Notes: a model not told the origin generated them from the letters alone. Positions 17,610 to 25,858 are shown, counted from the first letter of the stretch. The stretch: DNA of 43,975 nucleotides from a virus (IMGVR_UViG_3300027575_000006:1-43975); one strand, 5' to 3'. Numbers and translations are program-made.

Positions 17610-19040
17610 CCCGTCCGCAATCCCCGAACTGCGTTGACCCGCTACCTTTCCCCCGAAGTTCACTGGCCGGGCATAGCGCCGCATCATCACGGCTACTCGT
17701 GTGGCCGATAGGATATCGTCCCGGACCTTTATGATCATGCCATCCTTCCGATGATACTCCCTGTACTCCTCAAACCAGTCCGCCAGGTGCGATGCTACGC
17801 GCAGACGCCCAGTCACCATTCGCTCATCCATCTCTGCGAGACCAGCTTCAGTGGACATGCCCCCATCCGGCCATGTGGCATGGGTCGGCAACATCAGCAG
17901 CCCATGCTTCTTATACTGAGAGGCCAGGGTTTCGCCACCACTTTCCCTGGCTGTCCCATCCTGTGGCCAAGCAACCGGTACAGCAGCGCCAATAGGCTTC
18001 ATCATAGCTGCATGAAGCAGAGGTAGGTTCCGCTCATCCTTCTCCCCAGATCGGCGAATAGTGTGCATCACATAGATAATATCATTGTCTTTATCCCAAG
18101 CTACGAGGACGGCAGCGAACGGGTGAGCAATACCGAAGTCAATACCCCATAGTTTCCCCCAGTACAGAGGCACGTCATCCAGGGATAAGGTATGCCTGAG
18201 TTGGGATTCTGGGGTCTTGAAGATTCGTCCTTCTCCCAGCATTGGGACCCCATACACTCGCGCATCTCGCTCGAATTCCTTGTAGCCGTCGATAATCTGT
18301 TGCCTACGCTCGGCTGGAATGTGGAGTGCATCCTCAATCGTCATAGTGACTACAGCACGATCAGGACTTAACTCTCTTAGAAACCTGATTACTACGTCAG
18401 ACATGCCCTTCAGAGGTGTAAAAGTAGTATAAATCAATCCCTGAGTTGCCGTTATACGGGCAAGCATCTCTGAGTATACGTCTGAAGGTGCCTCCTCGTC
18501 AGCCCAGATCACGTGCAGGGTGGAGGATTGGAACTTGGTGCGACCTTGCTCATATGACTTGAAGGACACGGTCGAGGTTCCACCAGATACATGCTTTACA
18601 TGGCCAGTGTCAAAGGCATCGGTGACACCCCGAGCCAAGGAGGGGCGATCAGGGATACAGTCTCGTGGAAGGAGACCAGTGCCATAGGCGTCTCCAATGC
18701 CAGCCGTTCCATATAACTTAGTTTGTGGCCCATCTCTGACAATTGCTCCCGTCTCTCCACATGCCCAACATTTCACGGGGCCATCAAATCGGCGTCCTCG
18801 CCACCACTCCGGATACTGGCCTGTGAGATGGCAGGCTGTCTCGAAAGCTCCCGCTTCCGTCTTACCCTGCTGGTTGCCTGCCGTTAGGAGTCGCTCGCGC
18901 TTTGTGGCCCCCAAGTCGAAGAATTTCCTCTGCTTCTCATATGGCTCAAAGTAGTCGATGTGCCGGTACAGCTTGAGATCACGCGCTGCCTCAAGAGCAG
19001 CGAGTGTCGCCCGAAGAGTGCTCATACCAACCTTACTCAT
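17589..19040 (-). CDS. terL: Terminase large subunit
   Basis: Walker A AGNQQGKT, FKSYEQGR, Walker B IWADEE, TFTPLKG, nuclease GIDFG...WPQDG...DDILSATR. Confidence 0.95.
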   Translation of the reverse strand: MSKVGMSTLRATLAALEAARDLKLYRHIDYFEPYEKQRKFFDLGATKRERLLTAGNQQGKTEAGAFETACHLTGQYPEWWRGRRFDGPVKCWACGETGAIVRDGPQTKLYGTAGIGDAYGTGLLPRDCIPDRPSLARGVTDAFDTGHVKHVSGGTSTVSFKSYEQGRTKFQSSTLHVIWADEEAPSDVYSEMLARITATQGLIYTTFTPLKGMSDVVIRFLRELSPDRAVVTMTIEDALHIPAERRQQIIDGYKEFERDARVYGVPMLGEGRIFKTPESQLRHTLSLDDVPLYWGKLWGIDFGIAHPFAAVLVAWDKDNDIIYVMHTIRRSGEKDERNLPLLHAAMMKPIGAAVPVAWPQDGTARESGGETLASQYKKHGLLMLPTHATWPDGGMSTEAGLAEMDERMVTGRLRVASHLADWFEEYREYHRKDGMIIKVRDDILSATRVAVMMRRYARPVNFGGKVAGQRSSGIADGVDFPLF

Positions 19041-19630
19041 AGCAAGTCCTCAATACCCTCTGTACATCCTACTTCCTCGAATTCGGCATCCACTGGTGCA
19101 GGGAGTGCCGGTAGAGATTTCTCCTGTGCTCCGAGAACCTGCTTTGGATCGATTCCCAGATCAGTGCAGACCGCTCTAATTCTCGCCCTTATCTCCTGAT
19201 CATTCATCTGCTCGTGCTTCACTGTGACACTGTGCGTAGTTTGCTCATTGAGTCCGGTGCGGTTTAGGAGTGTGAACGTTGCCTTAGCATGATCCCTGTG
19301 TAGGGGATCACTTACCATAGCTAAGAGTGCATTGACTGCTAAGGCCTTCCCTGCATGCAGCCGCTTCACACACTCCTCGTGGATTGCCTCCAGGATGCGC
19401 TGGTCCCTTAGTAGGTGAATTCCATTTATACACCATGTCTTCGGGGTGCCAATATAGCCAGCTTCGGCTACGGCCTGTGTCTTATTGTCATCACCACGAT
19501 TGCACCATGCGACAACAAATCGCCGCATTTTGTCGGTTGGTAGGGCACGCATTGCTGGCCCCAGTTCCTCAACCGGAGGTAGGTCTACAATCGTATGGTG
19601 GAGGGTCCCATGGATCACTGCATTCGTCAT
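19037..19630 (-). CDS. terS: Terminase small subunit
   Basis: HTH-like RRFV...NKTQAVAEAGY; overlaps terL start (ATGA). Confidence 0.8.
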   Translation of the reverse strand: MTNAVIHGTLHHTIVDLPPVEELGPAMRALPTDKMRRFVVAWCNRGDDNKTQAVAEAGYIGTPKTWCINGIHLLRDQRILEAIHEECVKRLHAGKALAVNALLAMVSDPLHRDHAKATFTLLNRTGLNEQTTHSVTVKHEQMNDQEIRARIRAVCTDLGIDPKQVLGAQEKSLPALPAPVDAEFEEVGCTEGIEDLL

Positions 19631-19636
19631 TCTAGT

Positions 19637-19665
19637 ATACTAGTATTATGGATGGTACTTTTCAA
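19637..19665 (-). promoter_or_regulatory. Possible promoter giving a leaderless terS mRNA
   Basis: TTGAAA-N17-TAGTAT-N6-ATG; no SD; overlaps palindrome CTAGTATACTAG. Confidence 0.35.
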
Positions 19666-19915
19666 CCCTGATTTTGGTTGTTTCAACTTTTACGTGTAGT
19701 GTTTTTAAAGGTCGCCGCGTGCGAGTGAAAGGCTCCGGTTTCCCCCAACCCTAAGCTTAGGCATGCCCTACCCGGCACCCACCCCCGGTCTATTGTCTTG
19801 GGGCATAAGTTTCGTAGCTAAGACACACGTGTTACGTGCCGAAGCCCCGTAGTACATACTGTTGACTAGAGCAACAGCATGAGACTGTGCTCCTCATCTC
19901 AGGGAGCGAAGCAAG

Positions 19916-19932
19916 TGCAACCGGCGCGCCAG
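19916..19932 (-). promoter_or_regulatory. Sigma54 (-24/-12)-type promoter motif facing the late genes
   Basis: CTGGCGCGCCGGTTGCA, with exact GG-N10-GC spacing; consensus YTGGCACG-N4-TTGCW. Confidence 0.55.
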
Positions 19933-19937
19933 GCCGC

Positions 19938-19974
19938 ATCACGTTTTCGTGATAGTTGATCACTTTCTTGTGAT
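19938..19974. promoter_or_regulatory. Two ATCAC-N6-GTGAT inverted-repeat boxes (two more at 20338-20353 and 20603-20618)
   Basis: ATCACGTTTTCGTGAT and ATCACTTTCTTGTGAT, 21 bp apart. Confidence 0.55.
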
Positions 19975-20073
19975 CGAAATGCCACAAAAAAGCCACAATT
20001 GGGGCCGATGGTGCGGTGGTCGGCGCCGAGAACCCCAAGGCGGGGTGAAGCAAGACCGACAAGGGGAATACCT

Positions 20074-20352
20074 ATGGCAATCCTACCAGACTTGAGCCAC
20101 GAAGCTATGGCCGTGGAAATTGCAAAACTGCGGGCAGAGAATGCGGCCTTGATCCAAAGCAAAGGGGGAAGCTTAACCCTCAAGGTTACGGAGAAAGGGG
20201 GCTTAGCTATCTATGGCCTTGGACGTTTCCCGGTCACGCTCTACGTGGGGCAATGGGAGCGGTTGTTAGCCTTTGTGGAGACTGGAGCTATCAAGGCTTT
20301 CATCGCCGCACAGGGCTCCAAGCTCAGTCGCAAGGAAATCACGAAATCGTGA
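20074..20352 (+). CDS. Small conserved protein (KVTEKGG..IYGLGRFPVTLY..QW..LL family; possibly PC4-like ssDNA-binding fold)
   Basis: ATG 20074 with AAGGGG SD; N-terminal coiled coil plus conserved motif. Confidence 0.7.
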   Translation: MAILPDLSHEAMAVEIAKLRAENAALIQSKGGSLTLKVTEKGGLAIYGLGRFPVTLYVGQWERLLAFVETGAIKAFIAAQGSKLSRKEITKS

Positions 20353-20452
20353 TTTGACATCGGCGCCGAGTGCCTGCGATACTCGGCGCCGTCCAACCAA
20401 ACTAAAGGGAGCCCCAAGGCGGGGCGAAGCAAGACCGACAAGGGGAATACCG

Positions 20453-20617
20453 ATGGATGAAATTCTCAACCCGCGACCTGAGAATACCTTCAGGGGACCG
20501 CTTACCCTTAAGGTTACGGAGAAAGGGGGCTTAGCTGTCTATGGCCTGACCTTTCCGGCTTTGTTAACCTTGGTGGAGACCCTTCAGTTCAACCGCAAGG
20601 ATGTCACGAAATCGTGA
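20453..20617 (+). CDS. Internally deleted paralog of 20074-20352 (54 aa)
   Basis: Same leader/SD; LTLKVTEKGGLAVYGL...RKDVTKS; frame remains open. Confidence 0.55.
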   Translation: MDEILNPRPENTFRGPLTLKVTEKGGLAVYGLTFPALLTLVETLQFNRKDVTKS

Positions 20618-20683
20618 GTTGACACTAGGCGCCGAGTATTGCCTACACTCGGCGCCGTCCACTCAATCTGAAGGAAACCTACC

Positions 20684-20836
20684 ATGTGGACCGTGTGGGT
20701 TATCGACGACGAAAACCGCGCAAGGCGAAACCTTGAGATTACCGATCTTAAGTTAGCTATGGAACGCGCGATAGTGTGGCACAAAGAGGGATTCGAAACA
20801 TGGCTAGAATATCAGAGCTATCTGCCCGTGACTTAA
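20684..20836 (+). CDS. Hypothetical protein (50 aa)
   Basis: AAGGA SD; MWTVWVIDDENRARRNLEITDLKLAMERAIVWHKEGFETWLEYQSYLPVT; below ORF-track cutoff. Confidence 0.55.
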   Translation: MWTVWVIDDENRARRNLEITDLKLAMERAIVWHKEGFETWLEYQSYLPVT

Positions 20837-21099
20837 TATGGGAAATGCGCCTCACACATGGTGGTGCTGCCTGGGACACCACTATGGAATGGTGGTTTGC
20901 GGTCGCAGGGGAAATGTATGAGCGAGGCTTGCCAATACCACATGAATGGAAATATAGGCCCTCACCATTAGGGGCTATCGATCGTGACCAGTATGAGGCA
21001 AGAATAGTAGCTGAAGCTTCAGACACCGCTCTGATTTTGTTTGGGTGCGCACTCTCAAGATACGCTAGCCACCTAAAAGAGTCAGGCCAATCTTACTGA
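20800..21099 (+). CDS. Hypothetical early protein
   Basis: MARISELSARDLIWEM..., GAGGG SD; globular-looking. Confidence 0.65.
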   Translation: MARISELSARDLIWEMRLTHGGAAWDTTMEWWFAVAGEMYERGLPIPHEWKYRPSPLGAIDRDQYEARIVAEASDTALILFGCALSRYASHLKESGQSY

Positions 21100-21198
21100 A
21101 TGAGCCTTGGTACTCACCTTCTGCCATAGGGATCATATGGCCCCATCACGGTGGGGGAGGTGCGACAATTTGTCAATTGACAAATCTTCAAAAATATG

Positions 21199-21303
21199 CT
21201 ACTCGTTACGACGTTCGGTTCGATCGAAGGCGACCGCGAAAGCCCCTCCAGGGCGAGCTTGCGGGTTTCGCCGCCCCGATCGACCGAAACCGCTAACGAG
21301 TAG
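21199..21303. ncRNA. Long rod-like hairpin, candidate ncRNA or ssDNA structure
   Basis: CTACTCGTTA/TAACGAGTAG, TTCGG(T)TCGATCG/CGATCGACCGAA, GGCGA/TCGCC, CCGC/GCGG, CCCT/AGGG nested stems in an intergenic gap. Confidence 0.55.
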
Positions 21304-21331
21304 AATTTAACCTAAGCAGTGGGAGACAATC

Positions 21332-21520
21332 ATGCCAACAGTTGCTAAGGAAGAGACGAATAGAGAGGTGCAAAGCATCTCCCTAGCAGGTGGTGTCAAG
21401 TATGTGGGTAGGTGGACATCGGAGCGAGGCTATCATATGGCTTTGGTAGGCCAACATATAAATGACCTACCGCATAATTTACCCGCAGGGTACACTGCTA
21501 ACACTACTTGTAAAGACTAG
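21332..21520 (+). CDS. Hypothetical protein (62 aa)
   Basis: GGGAG SD. Confidence 0.55.
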   Translation: MPTVAKEETNREVQSISLAGGVKYVGRWTSERGYHMALVGQHINDLPHNLPAGYTANTTCKD

Positions 21521-21556
21521 CTAGGTGGACTGCTATCATATGCGGAGGGAATACCG

Positions 21557-22414
21557 ATGTTAGACATTATAGAAGACGCCAACGGCAACCGTTGCTCCGT
21601 TAAATTTTGGGGGACGCGGGAGGCTGCACAAGTAGCTTTGGATAGCTTACAAAACTGCTCAGACTGCTTAGACTGCTCAGACTGCTCAGTCTGCTCGGAC
21701 TGCTCGGACTGCTCGGGCTGTTCACGCTGCGAGCGCTGTTCTAGCTGCTCAGACTGCTCGGACTGCTCGGACTGTTCACGCTGCTTGGGCTGTTCACGCT
21801 GCCCGGACTGCTCGGGCTGTTCACGCTGCTCGGACTGCTCGGCCTGCTCGTACTGTTCACGCTGCCTGGACTGCTCAGGCTGTTCACGCTGCTCGGACTG
21901 CTCGGGCTGTTCACGCTGCTCGGGCTGTTCACGCTGCTCGGACTGCTCGGCCTGCTCGTACTGTTCACGCTGCGAGCGCTGTTCACACTGCTCGGCCTGC
22001 TCAGACTGCTCAGACTGCTCGGATTGCGGGCGCTGTTCACGCTGTTCACGCTGCTCATACCGCCGCTCTAGTAGAGGCCCCGAGGCTCCTATTATTCCTT
22101 CCATTCACTTGCGAGTTTATCAGGCTGCATCGACCCCAAACAGTCTAAGTATGGACGATTGGCATACGTGCGGACAGAAGCATTGCCGCGCGGGGTGGGT
22201 TGTTACGCTTGCAGGCCCTGAAGGACGGGCGCTGGAGGCTTTTTACAACACTGAGCTTGCAGCGATGATGATTTATGATATCAGTGACCCTACATTCAAA
22301 ATCCATCCTGCTAGATTTTATGATACTGACACCGAAGCGCTCGCCGACATGAGGCGGCTTGCCGACATAGAGACGGTGCGGGCTGTAATAGTCGCCCCAG
22401 ATAATGTAGGCTGA
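21557..22414 (+). CDS. Cys-rich (xxC)n repeat protein with C-terminal WHTC...HCRAGW domain
   Basis: GGAGG SD; 45 consecutive Cys at every third residue; C-terminal domain of a type usually fused to pentapeptide repeats in phages. Confidence 0.8.
   Translation: MLDIIEDANGNRCSVKFWGTREAAQVALDSLQNCSDCLDCSDCSVCSDCSDCSGCSRCERCSSCSDCSDCSDCSRCLGCSRCPDCSGCSRCSDCSACSYCSRCLDCSGCSRCSDCSGCSRCSGCSRCSDCSACSYCSRCERCSHCSACSDCSDCSDCGRCSRCSRCSYRRSSRGPEAPIIPSIHLRVYQAASTPNSLSMDDWHTCGQKHCRAGWVVTLAGPEGRALEAFYNTELAAMMIYDISDPTFKIHPARFYDTDTEALADMRRLADIETVRAVIVAPDNVG
21650..22054 (+). repeat. 9-nt tandem coding repeat (e.g. TCGGACTGC, TCACGCTGC)
   Basis: About 45 degenerate units. Confidence 0.95.
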
Positions 22415-22527
22415 CTGCTATCGCAAATGATCTAGTCTACGCACTGGATTGTCAGCCTGTTGGCCTGAACTAAATGCAGTTTAGGCCAACAAACGGGCAA
22501 TCAAGTCCGACAAGGGAGAATAAACAT

Positions 22528-22902
22528 ATGGCTATCAAATACCTGAATGAGGCAAAGATTATCCTTCCATTGTTTGATAATAGTGGAGGGTCACTGCAAG
22601 ATTTGCATAGGGCGTTAGCGGATCGATTGATCAAAGAGTTTGGGGGTTTTACCGTTTACCATAGCTTCGGCGCCGGAGGTGATCCTATAGTGGGGGAGCC
22701 AGTTATGGTTTATATCATCGGCGCTGAACCTAACGAGGCCAATAATCAATGCTTGTATAGTATAGCAAGCCAATTATTGGAACAGGCTCGTCAACAGAGT
22801 ATCTATATCTGTGATTTTGATAGTTTCGGGTTCCTGTTCGATGCCGAGGCCGCGCAGGAATTGTGTGTTCCCATACTTCCCTCAGAGAGACAATTACCCT
22901 AA
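22528..22902 (+). CDS. Hypothetical protein, DUF3574/PII-like pattern
   Basis: LP.FDN.G...FGGFT...G...EPV....A....QQSIY; AAGGGAG SD. Confidence 0.55.
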   Translation: MAIKYLNEAKIILPLFDNSGGSLQDLHRALADRLIKEFGGFTVYHSFGAGGDPIVGEPVMVYIIGAEPNEANNQCLYSIASQLLEQARQQSIYICDFDSFGFLFDAEAAQELCVPILPSERQLP

Positions 22903-22913
22903 GGGAAAGCCCT

Positions 22914-23141
22914 ATGCAGATATCCCATACACCAAGAGGATTGCTAATCCATACAATGGAAGCTCTCGATGGGGCCAGGCAACCCCCTCGATGGCTGCGC
23001 CGCACGCGATCTCTAGGGCACATAGTACACCTTATGTGCCTATGCTTTGGTCTCGGCCATTATCTTTTATATGGGATATTGGGGGCTGAAATCATGGCCA
23101 TTGTCGCAGCGCGGCCTGTGGTTAATCGACGTTATGCCTAA
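22914..23141 (+). CDS. Hypothetical membrane-associated protein
   Basis: AAGGGA SD; hydrophobic C-terminal half. Confidence 0.45.
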   Translation: MQISHTPRGLLIHTMEALDGARQPPRWLRRTRSLGHIVHLMCLCFGLGHYLLYGILGAEIMAIVAARPVVNRRYA

Positions 23142-23202
23142 ACACTCAATTCCTAGCACCTATGGGTGCTAGTGATGGAGTGTTGACATGGGAGAACCTG
23201 AT

Positions 23203-23841
23203 ATGAAATTATATAAATGGACTACACAAGATGGTAAGACACGGGTGGGATATACCAATGAAACGCAATGGGGGCTCAGTGTTACACATACTGCATCAGG
23301 GGAAGGGGAACTATGTAGTCCAGGATGGCTGCATGCATATACAGACCCTTTGCTAGCAGTTATGCTTTCCCCGATACATATTCCTTTAGGTTACTCTATC
23401 CTTTGGGAATGTGACGGAAAAGTCGGATTAAGTGACAACGGCCTGAAGGTAGGATGTACAGCGCTAACAACACTACATACTATAGACATACCAGTAGTAA
23501 GTATTGAGCAACAAGTGGCATTTGCTATTATGTGTACCCTTGAAGTCTATTATGAACCAAGGTTTGTAGAATGGGCTAACAATTGGCTTAAGGGGGTAGA
23601 TCGCACTGCACAGGCAGCGGAAAGGGCAGAAGTAAGGGCAGTGTCCCTGTCACCGATAGAGCTGTCTGCCGCGCGAGCAGCGGAATGGGCAGCGATAGCA
23701 GCCCGGTCAATGGAATGGCGAGAGAAAGTGTCAGTAAGATGGGCGGCAGCATCATCAGTAGCTGTAGCAGCCAAAGTTTCGGGAAAACCCTTAGATTTGA
23801 TAAGGTTAGTACATAAGGTTGTATATGGAGAATGGATATGA
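23203..23841 (+). CDS. Phage early protein (YK...W....G.LC..GWLH.Y..PLLA family) with Ala-rich helical C-terminus
   Basis: Recognisable phage motif; GGGAG SD. Confidence 0.7.
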   Translation: MKLYKWTTQDGKTRVGYTNETQWGLSVTHTASGEGELCSPGWLHAYTDPLLAVMLSPIHIPLGYSILWECDGKVGLSDNGLKVGCTALTTLHTIDIPVVSIEQQVAFAIMCTLEVYYEPRFVEWANNWLKGVDRTAQAAERAEVRAVSLSPIELSAARAAEWAAIAARSMEWREKVSVRWAAASSVAVAAKVSGKPLDLIRLVHKVVYGEWI

Positions 23842-24023
23842 GCAAGGTATCGGTTATGTTGCATGTAGGCATGGTTTTGAGTGTGGTACTCTTGGCCATG
23901 CCAGCCGCGGCGGGCTACATCGCGGATAAGGTAAAAGTGGTTACTGCCGACAAGTTTGGTGGTTGGGCCTCTTGTCCACGGATAGCCTTTACTCCAACTA
24001 TTGTCAAGAAAGGGAGAAAGTGA
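23838..24023 (+). CDS. Small putative exported protein
   Basis: Hydrophobic N-terminus ending MPAAA|G; overlaps upstream stop. Confidence 0.5.
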   Translation: MSKVSVMLHVGMVLSVVLLAMPAAAGYIADKVKVVTADKFGGWASCPRIAFTPTIVKKGRK

Positions 24024-24024
24024 C

Positions 24025-24375
24025 ATGCAGCGAAAGATTGAAGATTTTCTCACTCAAGAGAACGTACGCAATAAGCATAATGCCGTGCTCTACACGGCTA
24101 TGATAAAGATTGCCTATCCTGGTGTTGAGGTGCTGATAGGTCATCACCTTACGTTCGAAGTGCCTGGGAACCTTAAGACAGAGAATGAGATACCCTCCGC
24201 CGACACTATGATCTTCGACTATCATACCATGGAAGCCATCTTTGGTAGTGATGCCTTAGAACTGATGGGCGATCTTGCACAGTGTAGTGTACCAAAGCGA
24301 GACCAAATGTTGCATATGGTGTTCACTCGGCGTTATGGTGAACCTTCGTCGTATCTCAAGAAACTGGAGGCTTAG
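24025..24375 (+). CDS. Hypothetical protein
   Basis: GGGAG SD; operon packing. Confidence 0.65.
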   Translation: MQRKIEDFLTQENVRNKHNAVLYTAMIKIAYPGVEVLIGHHLTFEVPGNLKTENEIPSADTMIFDYHTMEAIFGSDALELMGDLAQCSVPKRDQMLHMVFTRRYGEPSSYLKKLEA

Positions 24376-24377
24376 GT

Positions 24378-24554
24378 ATGAAGCGACTATATCTTCCCAA
24401 GCGAAGGGATCGGCGTCAGCGCCGGTCCCCTTACTCGCGGTTTGGTAAGCAACCGCACCAGTACAGTGCGGCCTACCGTGTGTGGCACGCCGCGGCTAGG
24501 CTAGGGCAAGTTTTACTAAGGGAAAGTATTCATCATGAAGAGACGCTACAGTAA
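24378..24554 (+). CDS. Hypothetical Arg-rich protein (58 aa)
   Basis: GGAGG SD; MKRLYLPKRRDRRQRRSPYSRFGKQPHQYS...; below ORF-track cutoff. Confidence 0.55.
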   Translation: MKRLYLPKRRDRRQRRSPYSRFGKQPHQYSAAYRVWHAAARLGQVLLRESIHHEETLQ

Positions 24555-24717
24555 ATCTTCCTTAACGTCCTACTATCAACGGCTTCCGCCCTCTCGTCAT
24601 CTCCGTGAAGACTACGCGGGGCTGCGGGATGAGAAGCACTTAGAAAAAGTTTGCGAGTCACTTAGGAATCACTTCTGGGACAAACACTTGTTCGACCCTG
24701 ACGAGGAGTTGGAGTAA
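24535..24717 (+). CDS. Hypothetical protein (60 aa)
   Basis: AAGGGA SD; operon packing. Confidence 0.5.
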   Translation: MKRRYSKSSLTSYYQRLPPSRHLREDYAGLRDEKHLEKVCESLRNHFWDKHLFDPDEELE

Positions 24718-24797
24718 TGCCATTGTTTAGAACCACGCTTCCGCTCTCAGAGAATGAACACCCCCAGGATCGGATTTCGGATATAGGAGGAACTGTA

Positions 24798-24992
24798 ATG
24801 CCAAGGCAAGATCAGTCGATTATCATAGGCCGTATGACAGCCTATCTGGACAGTGCCATGAAGAATTTAAAGACCGACGTTGCAACAGGTTCTTATTATG
24901 TAGACCTAAGATTATGTGCCCATCTGGAGGGTTATAGGACGGCGTTAGAGGATATCCTTGAGGCTTGGAATACCTTTACAAAAGAGGTTTGA
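24798..24992 (+). CDS. Hypothetical protein
   Basis: AGGAGG SD before ATG 24798; alternative start 24717. Confidence 0.55.
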   Translation: MPRQDQSIIIGRMTAYLDSAMKNLKTDVATGSYYVDLRLCAHLEGYRTALEDILEAWNTFTKEV

Positions 24993-24994
24993 TT

Positions 24995-25456
24995 ATGACA
25001 GACAGCACGAAGAGTCAGAAACGCGAGTGGCGATCCAATACTTGGCAGTGGCGGGCTCTGTCCGCCACGCGCCTCAATCAGAGTCAGTTAGGTGCGGTGC
25101 TGATAGCAGTGTTGGGGAATGATCCAATCCTTGAACACTGTATGTTGGACGTGGCGAGGCTGATCTATGGCCCTGCGGCCACGCGGAAGGCGTTCGATCC
25201 GCCCCGCTTTGTGAGTGGTGGTGCCCCAGGTTGGGGTGCTAACATTACTAGCGATGGTATGATAATGTCAGACTTCTATGATAGGCAGGGTAATATGCAT
25301 TACGGTGCGTTAGTTGGTAGTGTGGAGGAGATGACTGACAACTTTCGTGGTCTCGCCGATTATTTAAAGCTTAGTGATAACGAACGGGTCGCCCTGTTCA
25401 CCGCGGTGCGCCAGTGGATTAAGACTGACGCTCGCATGCAACCAACACTGTTTTGA
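24995..25456 (+). CDS. Hypothetical protein
   Basis: GAGGT SD; 153 aa. Confidence 0.65.
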   Translation: MTDSTKSQKREWRSNTWQWRALSATRLNQSQLGAVLIAVLGNDPILEHCMLDVARLIYGPAATRKAFDPPRFVSGGAPGWGANITSDGMIMSDFYDRQGNMHYGALVGSVEEMTDNFRGLADYLKLSDNERVALFTAVRQWIKTDARMQPTLF

Positions 25457-25470
25457 GGGAGTATCAAAAA

Positions 25471-25845
25471 ATGACACCCCAGGAATGGAATATAGCATTA
25501 GCGCCGGAGGTATCATGGCCAGACGCGCACCAGACGGTAGCTAGCGCAGTGCGAGGCTTGATTGCTACTCAGTACAAGTTTACGGAGTGCTCTACCACCG
25601 AATTGGCAGATCAGCTCTATCCACCCAAGTTTGCGCGTGGTGACGCTGGGATTGCCACCCGTAAGAGGTTGTTCATGTGTCTCGCGTGGCTAGGTGCACA
25701 TGATTTGCAGGGCTTCGCTACACGGGGGCAACCACGTAAGAGCCGGTTTGGGCGAGAGGTGCGCCCATGGAGGTGGCATTCGTATAGGTGTAGGAGTGAT
25801 AGAGAGATATGTCCTACCTGTGGGCATAGTAGAATTATCGGATAA
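25471..25845 (+). CDS. Putative winged-helix DNA-binding protein with C-terminal CPTCG motif
   Basis: STTELADQL helix, RPWRW wing-like strand, CxxC; GGGAG SD. Confidence 0.45.
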   Translation: MTPQEWNIALAPEVSWPDAHQTVASAVRGLIATQYKFTECSTTELADQLYPPKFARGDAGIATRKRLFMCLAWLGAHDLQGFATRGQPRKSRFGREVRPWRWHSYRCRSDREICPTCGHSRIIG

Positions 25846-25858
25846 ATGGAGGCATACC

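Larger units (their letters stand above)
20033..20660 (+). repeat. Tandem duplicated cassette (leader, ORF, operator-like box, TTGACA, hairpin)
   Basis: 40-nt leaders 20033-20072 and 20412-20451 differ at one position; homologous ORFs; hairpins GGCGCCGAGT-N9-ACTCGGCGCC. Confidence 0.9.

Noticed and set aside
20033-20660. Repeats as a possible CRISPR or mini-array
   Set aside because: Only two units, separated by homologous ORFs rather than unique equal-length spacers; the DUF2800 protein is a replication nuclease, not part of a cas operon
21517-22104. Minus-strand ORFs with QSEQ/SSPSS repeats
   Set aside because: Shadow frames of the 9-nt Cys repeat; the + frame has an SD and a recognisable C-terminal domain
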